From an uncultured Gemmatimonadales bacterium (lineage in GTDB: Bacteria; Gemmatimonadota; Gemmatimonadetes; Gemmatimonadales; GWC2-71-9): DNA of 64,000 nt. A program made the translations under genes and the position numbers. Below are positions 29,330 through 38,352 of this stretch, piece by piece (the stretch's first letter is position 1; every line of letters begins with the position of its first letter). The stretch is taken from positions 1,504,001 through 1,568,000 of the forward strand of contig CAVUAK010000001.1 in the NCBI GenBank assembly GCA_963739455.1, in the 5' to 3' direction. The notes below the pieces were generated by a model. It did not search any database. It was not told the DNA's origin and was given only the letters and a program-made list of their open reading frames with translations.

Positions 29330-31586
29330 ATGTCCGACTCTGCCACCACCCGTACGCCCCGCTGGCGCTCGCCGGGCGTCATCCGTGCCGTTGTCCTCGG
29401 AATCCTCGGTGTCGCCACCCTTGGGTTCGCCATCATCCTGGCCGCCTGGCTCACCGTCTGTCGCGGCAGCGCCTGTCCCTCGCTCGACGCCCTCGGCGAG
29501 TACGATCCCGCCCAGGCCTCGAAGGTGTACGCCGCCGATGGCCGGCTCATCACCGACCTCGGCCTCGAGCGCCGCACCGTGGTGCCCCTCAACGAGATCT
29601 CGCCCGCGGTCATCCAGGCCTTTCTCGCCACGGAAGACAAGCGCTTCTACGAGCATCATGGCATCGACTGGATTCGCGTCATGGGCGCGGCCAAGGGCGC
29701 CGTGCTGGGCGGCCGTGTCACCGGCGCGTCCACCATCACCATGCAGCTCGCCGGCAACCTCTTCCCCGAGGACATCAACCGGCGCGACCGCAACCTCGGC
29801 CGCAAGCTCCGTGAGATGCGCGTGGCGCTCGACATCGAGAAGCGCTACAGCAAGGACAAGATCCTCGAGCTCTACCTGAACCAGATCGACCTCGGCAACC
29901 GCGCATACGGTGTCGAGGTCGCGAGCCAGCGCTACTTCGGCAAGAGCGCCCGCGAGCTCAACATCGCCGAGGCCGCGACACTGGCCGCGATCCCCAAGGC
30001 GCCGACCACCTACAACCCGCGCCGCAGCCCCGCGCGCAGCGTGCAGCGCCGCAACCTCGTCATCGGCCTGATGCGCGACGAGGGCCTCATCAACGACCTC
30101 GAGACCGAGCGCTGGCGGGCCTTCCCGCTGCTGCTCTCGTCGCAGGAGCGATTTCAGCGGCGTCGCCGAGTACTTCGTCGAGTACGTGCGCCAGCAGATG
30201 CAGGCGCGCTTCGGCGAGGACCTCTATCGCAAGGGCCTTCGCATCTACACCACCCTCGATCTCGACATGCAGCTCGCCGCCGAGCGCGCGCTCGAGGGAC
30301 AGCTGAGTGCCATCGAGGCCGGCGGCACCCGCTACGGCAAGTTCCCTCATCGCACCTACGCCCAGTATCTCGAGCGTCGCGACGACAACGCCGACCTGCC
30401 CACCGTATCGCCTTACCTGCAGGGCCTGGTGCTCACTCTCGAGGCCAAGACCGGCTACATCCGCGCATGGGTAGGTGGTCGCGATTTCGACGACAGCAAG
30501 TTCAATCGCGTGAACCAGTCGCGCCGCCAGCCCGGTTCCATCTTCAAGCCCTTCGTCTACACCGCGGCACTCGAGGCGGGGCATCCGCTCTCCGAGATCA
30601 TCGTTGACGACTCGCTCTCGATGGACTTCCCCGGTCAGGAGACGTGGACGCCCCAGAACTACGACCTCAAGTTCGAGGGGCGCATGACGCTTCGTCGCGC
30701 GCTCTACCAAAGCCGCAACATCCCGGCGATCAAGCTCGGCATGCAGGTGGGCCTCGAGAACGTCATCGACGAGGCCCGCCGGTTCGGCGTCACCACCGAC
30801 GTGGCGCCGGTGCCGTCCATCAGCATCGGTGCCGCTGACGTGGTGCCGCTCGAGATCATTGCCGCGTACACCGCCTTCGCCAACGACGGCCAGCGCGCCG
30901 AGCCGCAGGCCATCCTCCGGGTCGAGGACCGCGACGGCAACATCCTCTGGCAGCCCGCGTCGCGCCGCATCCAGGTGCTCGAGCCCTCGGTTGCGTGGCT
31001 CATCACCGATGTGTTGCGCGACGTCGTCCGTCGCGGCACTGCCGCGGGCACCGTTGGTTCGCAGATCAACTTCGCCGCTGCGGGCAAGACCGGCACCACC
31101 AACGACGGCTTCGATGTCTGGTATGTCGGCTTCACACCCGAGCTCGTCACTGGTGTTTGGATCGGCTTCGACCAGCCAAAGAAGATCATGAACAACGCGC
31201 AGGGCGGCCGTCTCGCCGCCCCGGCGTGGACCACGATGATGAAGGAGGTCTACGACCGGCGCCCCACGAACTTCCAGTGGAATCGTCCGGAGGATCTTCA
31301 GGTCGCGGAGATCGACAGCACCACCGGCTACCTCGCCACACCCTTCTGTCCCCGGCCCCTGCGGTACGTGGAGTCGTTCGCGCCTGGCACCGTCCCCGCG
31401 ACGTACTGCCCCGTGCATTCCCAGATGCTCGGCGTCCCTGGCATGACCCCAAGTCCGGGTGGAGCAGCCAACGGAGCGCCCGCCATCCCCGCCGTCCCCG
31501 CCCTCCCCGCCCCCACCGGCGGCGGGACCGCCGCCGGTGCTATGGGCGGCCAGGGCCCACCCACCGCGACACCGCCGCCGCGCTGA
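29330..31586 (+). CDS. mrcA: class A penicillin-binding protein 1A (frameshift near 30145)
   Basis: ATEDKRFYEHHG, GASTITMQL, RKLRE, YLN; transpeptidase RQPGSIFKP, SRN, GKTGTT. Confidence 0.9.
31478..31513. repeat. 9-bp tandem repeat (CCCCGCCNT) x4 in the PBP1A tail
   Basis: gcccgccat/ccccgccgt/ccccgccct/ccccgcccc; encodes PAIPAVPALPAP. Confidence 0.75.
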
Positions 31587-32830
31587 TGCAGCCGCGGCGC
31601 ATCGCGGCAGACTGGGTCTTTCCGGGGATAGCGCCGCCGTTCCGTGACGGCGCTGTCCTCTTCGATGACCTGGGCCGCGTCGCCGCCATAGGTCCCGATG
31701 TGGGGGGCGAAGTCCCCACACCGCCGGGTGTCATCACCGAATACTTCCCCGACGCCGCACTGCTGCCCGGCCTGGTCAACGCCCACACTCATCTCGAGCT
31801 CACCGGTCTCGATCCGATCGTCGACGAGCCCGATTTCCCCTCCTGGATCCGCCGGCTCAGGGCGCTCAAGGCGGAGCATACCCCCGAGCAGTTCCTCGAG
31901 GCGGCGAGACAGGGCATTCGTGAATGCTGGGCCGCTGGCGTCACGACGATTGCCGATACCGGCGATACCGGCGCGGTAGCACGGGCGCTCGCCGAGCTCG
32001 GCGGTCGTGGGGTCGCCTATCAGGAAGTTTTCGGGCCGCATCCCGCACAGGTGGACGAGAGCATGGCGGGCCTCAGGGCTGCGGTCGCGGCGCTGCGGCC
32101 CCTGGAGTCTCCTGGTCGGCTGCGGATCGGTGTCTCGCCCCACGCGCCCTATACGGTGAGCGGTGATCTCTACCGCGAGGTGGGGAAGTGGGCCCGCGCG
32201 GAGGGTCTGCCGCTCGCTGTGCACCTCGCCGAGTCTGCGGAGGAGTCGAGCCTGCTGCGCGACGGTACCGGTGGCTTCGCCGAGGCCTGGGCGAAGCGGG
32301 ATATACCGATACCTGAACCGATCGGCGTGAGCCCAGTGGCCTTTGTCGATCATCACATGGGACTGGTCGATACCCTCTGCATCCACGCCGTACGTGTTGA
32401 CGCATCCGATATCGATCTCCTCTTTCGCCGGGGAGCATCGGTGGCGCATTGTCCGCTCTCGAACCGCGCGCATCGTCATGGCGAAGCTCCGCTCGCCGCG
32501 ATGCTGGAGGCAAAGATCCATGTCGGCGTCGGAACCGACTCGGTGCTGAGCGTCGGGCGGCTGGATCTCCTCGCCGAGGCGCGCGCGGCGCGGGCGCTGG
32601 CCGGGCTCAGTGCCTTCGACACCATCGGTCTGGTCACCTGGTACGCCGCCGGTGCCATAGGCTTCTGGGACAGGCTTGGAATGCTGGTGGCGGGTGGTGA
32701 GGCGGATATCGCAGTGATGAGCATGCCGCACGATACCTCCGAGCCCGAGGAGGAGCTGCTATCGGGCAGGGGCGCTGTGCTCGCTACGTTTGTGGGGGGC
32801 AGGGAAGTTTACCGGAGGGGAAACGGATGA
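31586..32830 (+). CDS. amidohydrolase family deaminase (MTA/SAH or aminodeoxyfutalosine deaminase-like)
   Basis: PGLVNAHTHLEL, SPHAPYTVS, HLAES, HCPLSN, GTDS. Confidence 0.85.
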   Translation: MQPRRIAADWVFPGIAPPFRDGAVLFDDLGRVAAIGPDVGGEVPTPPGVITEYFPDAALLPGLVNAHTHLELTGLDPIVDEPDFPSWIRRLRALKAEHTPEQFLEAARQGIRECWAAGVTTIADTGDTGAVARALAELGGRGVAYQEVFGPHPAQVDESMAGLRAAVAALRPLESPGRLRIGVSPHAPYTVSGDLYREVGKWARAEGLPLAVHLAESAEESSLLRDGTGGFAEAWAKRDIPIPEPIGVSPVAFVDHHMGLVDTLCIHAVRVDASDIDLLFRRGASVAHCPLSNRAHRHGEAPLAAMLEAKIHVGVGTDSVLSVGRLDLLAEARAARALAGLSAFDTIGLVTWYAAGAIGFWDRLGMLVAGGEADIAVMSMPHDTSEPEEELLSGRGAVLATFVGGREVYRRGNG

Positions 32831-33270
32831 AGCTCCAGCGACACGCGGCGATTCTGCGACTGGTTCGGGGTCAGCGCATTGCCAGCCAGGACGAACTCAG
32901 GCAGGCGCTCAAGGCTGCGGACTTCTCCGTCACTCAGGCGACGCTTTCACGCGACGTACGTGAACTGGGCCTGGCCAAGCTCACCGATGCCCAGGGCTCG
33001 TGGTACGCCCAACCAGGCGAGAGCGGGGTCCGTCCCGATTTTCAGGCGGTGCTTGGTGCGCTGCTCACTGGCGTTGACGGTGTGGGGCCGCTGCTCGTGC
33101 TGCGTACCGCAAACGGCTCGGCGGGTGCGGTGGCGGTCGCCATCGACCAGGCATCATGGGGGGAAATTATTGGTACCGTGGCTGGAGAGGACACCCTGCT
33201 GGTCATTACCCGCAGCGAGAAGGCGCGCGAGCGCGTAGCCGGGCGTCTGCGGGGGATCATCGGCCGCTAG
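32827..33270 (+). CDS. argR: arginine repressor
   Basis: SQDEL, VTQATLSRDVRELG, GTVAGEDT. Confidence 0.93.
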   Translation: MKLQRHAAILRLVRGQRIASQDELRQALKAADFSVTQATLSRDVRELGLAKLTDAQGSWYAQPGESGVRPDFQAVLGALLTGVDGVGPLLVLRTANGSAGAVAVAIDQASWGEIIGTVAGEDTLLVITRSEKARERVAGRLRGIIGR

Positions 33271-33285
33271 GGCCCTCGGCGCCCG

Positions 33286-34386
33286 TCAGCCGGTCTCGAG
33301 CGCCGCAACCACCCTTTCTGCTGCTTTCCCATCCCAGCCGGGAATTGCTCCACGGTCATGGTCTCCGCGTCCGCTCTTCATCGCGTCGTCGAACGCCTGG
33401 AAGATGCCATGCGGAGTCAGGGGCCAGGGGGCCAGTCGGTTGGTACCCTGTGTAATTGTCACCGGGCGTTCAGTCTGCTCCCGCAACGTCACGCACGGCA
33501 CACCGAGGCTTGTCGTTTCCTCCTGGAGCCCGCCTGAGTCCGTGAGTACCACGGCGCTCTGCGCTGTCAACGAAAGCATGTCGCGATAACCAAGAGGCTC
33601 GGTGACCCGAAGGGTATTGAGCAGGTGGTCGATCCCGAACTGCTCCGCATTGCGTCGCGTGCGGGGGTGCAGCGGCAGCACAACGGGCATGCGCGACGCG
33701 ACCAGCGCCATACCCTGTAGCACCGGGGTAAGCGTCGCTGGATCATCCACGTTGGAAGGTCGGTGAAGGGTGCAGACGGCGTACCCCGCCGCCTCGAGCC
33801 CCATTTGTCCCGGTACGTTCGCAGCGAGCGCGGCGGGCAACTGCTGTCGCAGTGTGTCGATCATCACGTTGCCGACGAACACGATGCGCTGCGGCGGTAT
33901 CCCTTCGCCAACCAGGTTGTCGAATGCATCGTGAGACGGGAGGAGCAGGAGGTCCGAGATGCGATCGGTGACCAGCCGGTTGATCTCCTCCGGCATTGAC
34001 CAGTCGCCGCTCCGAAGCCCGGCCTCGACGTGCGCCAGCCTCGATCCGAGTTTGGGGCGAAGCTTGGCCGTGACCAGCCCGCACGCCATGGTCGAATTCA
34101 CGTCACCAACCACGACCACCCAGTCGGGCTGACAGCTTTCGAGAACCGGTTCGAAAGCGAGCATCACCTTGGCCGTCTGGTCCGCATGCGTTCCGGAGCC
34201 GACTCCGAGGTGAAAATCCGGCTCGGGTATCTGGAGGTCGCGAAAGAAAGCGTCGGACATCTGCGCATCGTAGTGCTGGCCGGTGTGTACTAAGACACCA
34301 GTGTGCCCAGCCGCGGAGAGCGCACGGAGGATGGGTGCCACTTTCATGAAGTTGGGGCGTGCCCCAGCTACGACGAGCACCTTCAC
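33286..34386 (-). CDS. wecB: UDP-N-acetylglucosamine 2-epimerase (non-hydrolysing)
   Basis: GARPNFMK, HTGQHYD, HVEAGLRS, MPEEINR, TDSGGLQEE, TERP; GGAGG RBS before GTG. Confidence 0.92.
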   Translation of the reverse strand: MKVLVVAGARPNFMKVAPILRALSAAGHTGVLVHTGQHYDAQMSDAFFRDLQIPEPDFHLGVGSGTHADQTAKVMLAFEPVLESCQPDWVVVVGDVNSTMACGLVTAKLRPKLGSRLAHVEAGLRSGDWSMPEEINRLVTDRISDLLLLPSHDAFDNLVGEGIPPQRIVFVGNVMIDTLRQQLPAALAANVPGQMGLEAAGYAVCTLHRPSNVDDPATLTPVLQGMALVASRMPVVLPLHPRTRRNAEQFGIDHLLNTLRVTEPLGYRDMLSLTAQSAVVLTDSGGLQEETTSLGVPCVTLREQTERPVTITQGTNRLAPWPLTPHGIFQAFDDAMKSGRGDHDRGAIPGWDGKAAERVVAALETG

Positions 34387-34501
34387 GAAAACTCCTCCCT
34401 TGCTTGCGTGGCCGGCACCGTTTCGCCTCGACTGTTCCGCTCCCATGGCGGCAAGCCCGCGGGCAGATGCATGTTATGTGCTCCTTGGAAGGGTCCGCCG
34501 G

Positions 34502-35875
34502 ATGTCCAAGCCTTCACTGCGCGTTGCAGTCGTCGCATACCATTTTCCTCCTAGTCCCTCGGTCGGCGCACAGCGACCGGGGCGCTGGGTCGCGGAACTG
34601 CGGTCGCGCGGACATGAGGTCGAGGTCGTCACCGCTGGTCCCCCGGGCGCCACAGCTGATGGGAGCCGTCCTGGGGCGGAACCATGGATTCATGACGTGC
34701 CCGTGCGCTGGGACCCCAGGCGTATGTGGGCGAAGCTCAAGCGGACGTTGCGCGGGAAGCAGGCAGTCGCTTCCCGGCCGGTGCCATCCGCTGGGTATGG
34801 CAATGATGCTGCGCCGAGGAAGATGCCCTTCCTCAGGCGCCAGGTGGATGCCTGGTTCTGGCTTCCAGACGACCGTCAGGGATTCATCGTGCCGGCCGCG
34901 CGCAAGGTGATCGCATTGCATCGGGCAAGTCCCTTCGATGCGATCTACGCCTCTGGCCCCCCCTTCTCGGCACACGTCGCGGGGTTCATCGCCTCGAGCG
35001 TAACCGGTGTACCCCTCTGGGTTGAATACCGCGATCCGTGGCTGGAAGGCAAGGAGCAGCACACCGAATCGTGCAGCGCCCCCGCCACACAGGTTGAACG
35101 CATGCTGGAGAAACGGATCCTCGCACGCGCTCACGGCGCGGTAGTCGCGACGCCCGCCATTGCCACGATGCTGTACCCCAAGATCACGGCTACGCAGCAT
35201 ACCAAGGTCACCGTTACCTACAACGGCATTCCCTCGCTGTGCCCTCTCGAGGCTCAGCCGCGCATACGGCCGCAATCCAGGCTGACCTTCCTGTATGCCG
35301 GAACCCTGTACCTTGGGCGCGATCCGCGCGCACTCCTGGGTGGCTTGGCCTCGTTGCGTCGTGCGGGCCGCATCGACGCAGAATCCGTTCGCCTGCTCCT
35401 CGTGGGGCACTGCCGGCACTTTCGCGGTGCCTCGGTTCGGGCAATGGCCGACGAACTGAACCTGGAGGGCATCGTCGACTTGCAAGATCCGGTGAGTGTC
35501 GCGGCCGCCGGCGAACTCATGTACGGCGCCGACGTGCTCGTCCTGCTGGCCCAGGACCAGCCCGCTCAGATACCTCAGAAGCTGTTCGACTACCTCGGAA
35601 CTCGAAAGCCCATCCTCGCCTTCGCAGACCAGGGCGGTGAGGTCGATCGACTGCTGAAGGAGGTGGGCGGGCACGTTGTGGTTACCGGCGGCGCGAGCAA
35701 TGACGAAGTGGCAGAAGCCATCGCCAAGGTCGTCGACCTGGCGGCGCAAGGGGTGCAGCGAGGGTCCCCTGAAGTTCTTGAAGGGCTCACGTCGGAGCGT
35801 CAGCTGGGAGCCCTAGCGAACCACTTCATCAATGCGATGGACTCGGCGAAGAAGGCTACGAATGGGTCTGTCTGA
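34502..35875 (+). CDS. glycosyltransferase family 4
   Basis: AYHFPP..SVGAQR, SGPPFSAH, EYRDPW, IPQKLFDYL. Confidence 0.85.
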   Translation: MSKPSLRVAVVAYHFPPSPSVGAQRPGRWVAELRSRGHEVEVVTAGPPGATADGSRPGAEPWIHDVPVRWDPRRMWAKLKRTLRGKQAVASRPVPSAGYGNDAAPRKMPFLRRQVDAWFWLPDDRQGFIVPAARKVIALHRASPFDAIYASGPPFSAHVAGFIASSVTGVPLWVEYRDPWLEGKEQHTESCSAPATQVERMLEKRILARAHGAVVATPAIATMLYPKITATQHTKVTVTYNGIPSLCPLEAQPRIRPQSRLTFLYAGTLYLGRDPRALLGGLASLRRAGRIDAESVRLLLVGHCRHFRGASVRAMADELNLEGIVDLQDPVSVAAAGELMYGADVLVLLAQDQPAQIPQKLFDYLGTRKPILAFADQGGEVDRLLKEVGGHVVVTGGASNDEVAEAIAKVVDLAAQGVQRGSPEVLEGLTSERQLGALANHFINAMDSAKKATNGSV

Positions 35876-36596
35876 AATTACGGAGCAGGAGGCCCTCCGT
35901 ATTGATAGCCTGGAGGCCATGCTGCCGGCTGGAATTGCCGATCTGCTGGAAATTGGCAGCCGAGACGGTCGTGTTACCCGGATGCTCGTGAAGCACAGCA
36001 AGTCCATAACTGCGCTCGACCTCGAGCTCCCGAACCTCACGCTCCCGAGCGTGACATGCGTACAGGGGAACGTTACCGCACTCCAGTTTGCCGATCGGTC
36101 CTTCGATTGTGTCGTATGCACTGAGGTCCTGGAGCATGTCGTGGAGCTCGATCGAGCATGTTCAGAACTGGCCAGGGTCACGAGAAAGTGGCTCCTGGTT
36201 GGAGTGCCATTTGACCAGGACCTGCGGCTCGGCCGGATGACCTGCGCTGGGTGCGGTCGCGTAAATCCACCCTTTGGACACGTCAATCGGTTCAGTGAGG
36301 GGCGCCTCGAAGCCTGCTTCCCATCACTGAAGTTGGTGCAGGTCGCGAGGCTCGGCAGCACCAGTGGAGGAACAAACGGCATATCCGCCTGGCTTCTCGA
36401 TCGGAGCAGGAATCCCTGGGGAACCTACGGCCAGCAGGAACCCTGCATGCACTGTGGCGCCACGCTGACGCCGCCGAAGGCACGGTCGTTGCCTGAGCGT
36501 GTCATGTCGAAAGTCGCGGTGAGCATTAACAAGGTTCAGAAGCGGCTGGCGCACCCCAGGGCAATCTGGATTCATTGCCTGTTCTCCAGGGTGTGA
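35862..36596 (+). CDS. class I SAM-dependent methyltransferase with C-terminal CxxC pairs
   Basis: LLEIGSRDG, FDCVVCTEVLEHV; CAGC and CMHC. Confidence 0.8.
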   Translation: MGLSEITEQEALRIDSLEAMLPAGIADLLEIGSRDGRVTRMLVKHSKSITALDLELPNLTLPSVTCVQGNVTALQFADRSFDCVVCTEVLEHVVELDRACSELARVTRKWLLVGVPFDQDLRLGRMTCAGCGRVNPPFGHVNRFSEGRLEACFPSLKLVQVARLGSTSGGTNGISAWLLDRSRNPWGTYGQQEPCMHCGATLTPPKARSLPERVMSKVAVSINKVQKRLAHPRAIWIHCLFSRV

Positions 36597-36628
36597 GTGC
36601 TCGACTGTCGCCGACCCCTCGCGCGAGG

Positions 36629-37361
36629 TCACTCGTCCACAGGAAACTCAACCACGGCAAACGGCTTCGTGCTGCCAGTCATCTGGTGCGTCACGCGATG
36701 CTCCGCGGTCCATCGCATCAGCAGTTCCTGTTCCCCATCCCGTGCCGCATCGTCCAGCAGGATTACGCAGTCAGCCGCCAGTGAAGGCCGCAGCTCCGGC
36801 AGCAGCCCGTAGCGACCGCCCATGGTGGCCCCCGGCGGCCCGTCGCACAGCACGAGCGAGAAGTCTGAGGGGAAAGTGCCCGGCGCGTCGTACCAGGCGT
36901 ACCCATTGTGCACGATCAGCGGCGCCGAGATCACCCTGACCCGGCGCAACTGCAGGTAGTCGACCACCGCCACCACGCGTGCGTGCCACGCCTCATCGTG
37001 CTCGAGGCTGTACACGTCGTAACCCTGCCGCTCCGCGGCAACGCCGAGCAGCAGGGTCGAGAGGCCCGAGCCACATTCAAGCACGGGACCGCGCGTGTGC
37101 CAGGCCCGGTGCCAGAGTTCGGTGATCAACTCCTCACGCAGTGAGCAGTCGCTTCCCCAGCCGTACAGCAGGCTGTTGACCGCCTGGTCGCTTAGCGGCA
37201 CGTACTCGTCGTGCCTCCGGATATGCCGTATGGTCCGGCGCAGCACCACCTGCCGGTGCATTGCCCGCAGGCGGTGCCGTGTCTCCGCCGGTATCAACTG
37301 CCGAAGCTGGTCCAGGATGGTCGGGGTCCTCCCTCTCTTGCCGATACCCCAGCGGCCTCAT
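36629..37361 (-). CDS. class I SAM-dependent methyltransferase (start probably 37361 across a G-run indel; ORF track gives 37297)
   Basis: VLECGSGLST, SLEHD, DGPP, LDDA.R. Confidence 0.75.
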
Positions 37362-37447
37362 TAGCATCCATGAGTGCTGTGTTGGCATGTAACGTTTTTG
37401 ACACAAACACCTTAGCGCGTGAAGTCGCTCCCATCAGGGAGGTGTAC

Positions 37448-37996
37448 GTGCGCTGTCTCGCCCTCAATGCGTCGTTCGAACCGCTGACCATGGTACCCAT
37501 GCGTCGGGCGCTTCGGCTCGTCATCGAGGGCAAGGCGGAGATCGTTGAAGCGGATGGACTCGACCTTGTTCGAAGTGCCAGGCTGGCGTTGCCCAAACCT
37601 GTCATCATCCGCCTCGTCAAGTTCATCCACGTTCCCCGCCGCTTCCGCCGCCAAGTCACGAATACTTTCCTTTTCGCTCGCGACAGTTACCGCTGCCAAT
37701 ATTGCCATCGCGGTCACATCGAGCTGAAGCCGCGAGAGTGCCTCACGCGCGACCACCTGATCCCGATTTCCCGTGGTGGTGGGAACGAGTGGACTAACGT
37801 GGTTACGGCGTGCAGTTCGTGTAATACCCGGAAGGGCAACCACCTTCCGCATGAAATCGGCATGTTCCCGCTGACGCAGCCGCATGAACCTCACTTCGTG
37901 CATCTGTCATGGGCAGTGCGTCGCCTGACGCCGATTCAGGCCAAGTACATCCGGCTCTTCTACGGTGAAGAGGCCTTGAGGGCGCTGGGCGGGTAA
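37448..37996 (+). CDS. HNH endonuclease (McrA-like)
   Basis: LALNASFEPL, RDSYRCQYC, TRDHLIPISRGG..WTNVVTACSSCNTRKG; GGGAGG RBS. Confidence 0.92.
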   Translation: MRCLALNASFEPLTMVPMRRALRLVIEGKAEIVEADGLDLVRSARLALPKPVIIRLVKFIHVPRRFRRQVTNTFLFARDSYRCQYCHRGHIELKPRECLTRDHLIPISRGGGNEWTNVVTACSSCNTRKGNHLPHEIGMFPLTQPHEPHFVHLSWAVRRLTPIQAKYIRLFYGEEALRALGG

Positions 37997-38027
37997 GTCT
38001 GTCGGGATTGCGGATAAGAGGCATTCT

Positions 38028-38052
38028 GGCCGCGCCATGCGCGGCCTTTTTT
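38028..38052 (+). terminator. intrinsic terminator after the HNH gene
   Basis: ggccgcgc-cat-gcgcggcc followed by tttttt. Confidence 0.85.
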
Positions 38053-38352
38053 GTGTCCAGCTCACAGGCGCCCAGTGACCCGAACCGTAGGTCGATCATG
38101 GACGTTCCGTGCGAAAGCCATCTGAACTGTCGATTTTTCAATAGTGCGTAGTGTGATACCGCTCACAAAAATGTGTATAAATTGTTGAAATCAAAGCTGT
38201 TACACGAGTTTCAGTAGCGCGATATAACCCGTGCGTTTTATTGTCGCCCGTCGCGCAAGATTTCACGCGACCGACATTACGCGCCCGGGTTTCTCTGTTC
38301 TGCAGGTTGGTCGGGCCCTCCGTTTACGAAGTCCCAGAGGAAGCAAACTCCT

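Noticed and set aside
2880..30200. Pseudogenes or programmed frameshifts in ruvA, yebC, GT10, the carbamoyltransferase, sxtJ-like, tyrS, the membrane protein and PBP1A
   Set aside because: Single-base shifts occur in many unrelated genes, including essential tyrS, while motifs are intact and there are no signs of decay. Long-read indel errors are the simplest explanation; a read pileup would settle it.
37448..37996. HNH as part of Cas9/IscB, a homing element or a restriction system
   Set aside because: It is a stand-alone short McrA-like protein with its own RBS and terminator. The neighbouring methyltransferases lack DNA-MTase motifs.
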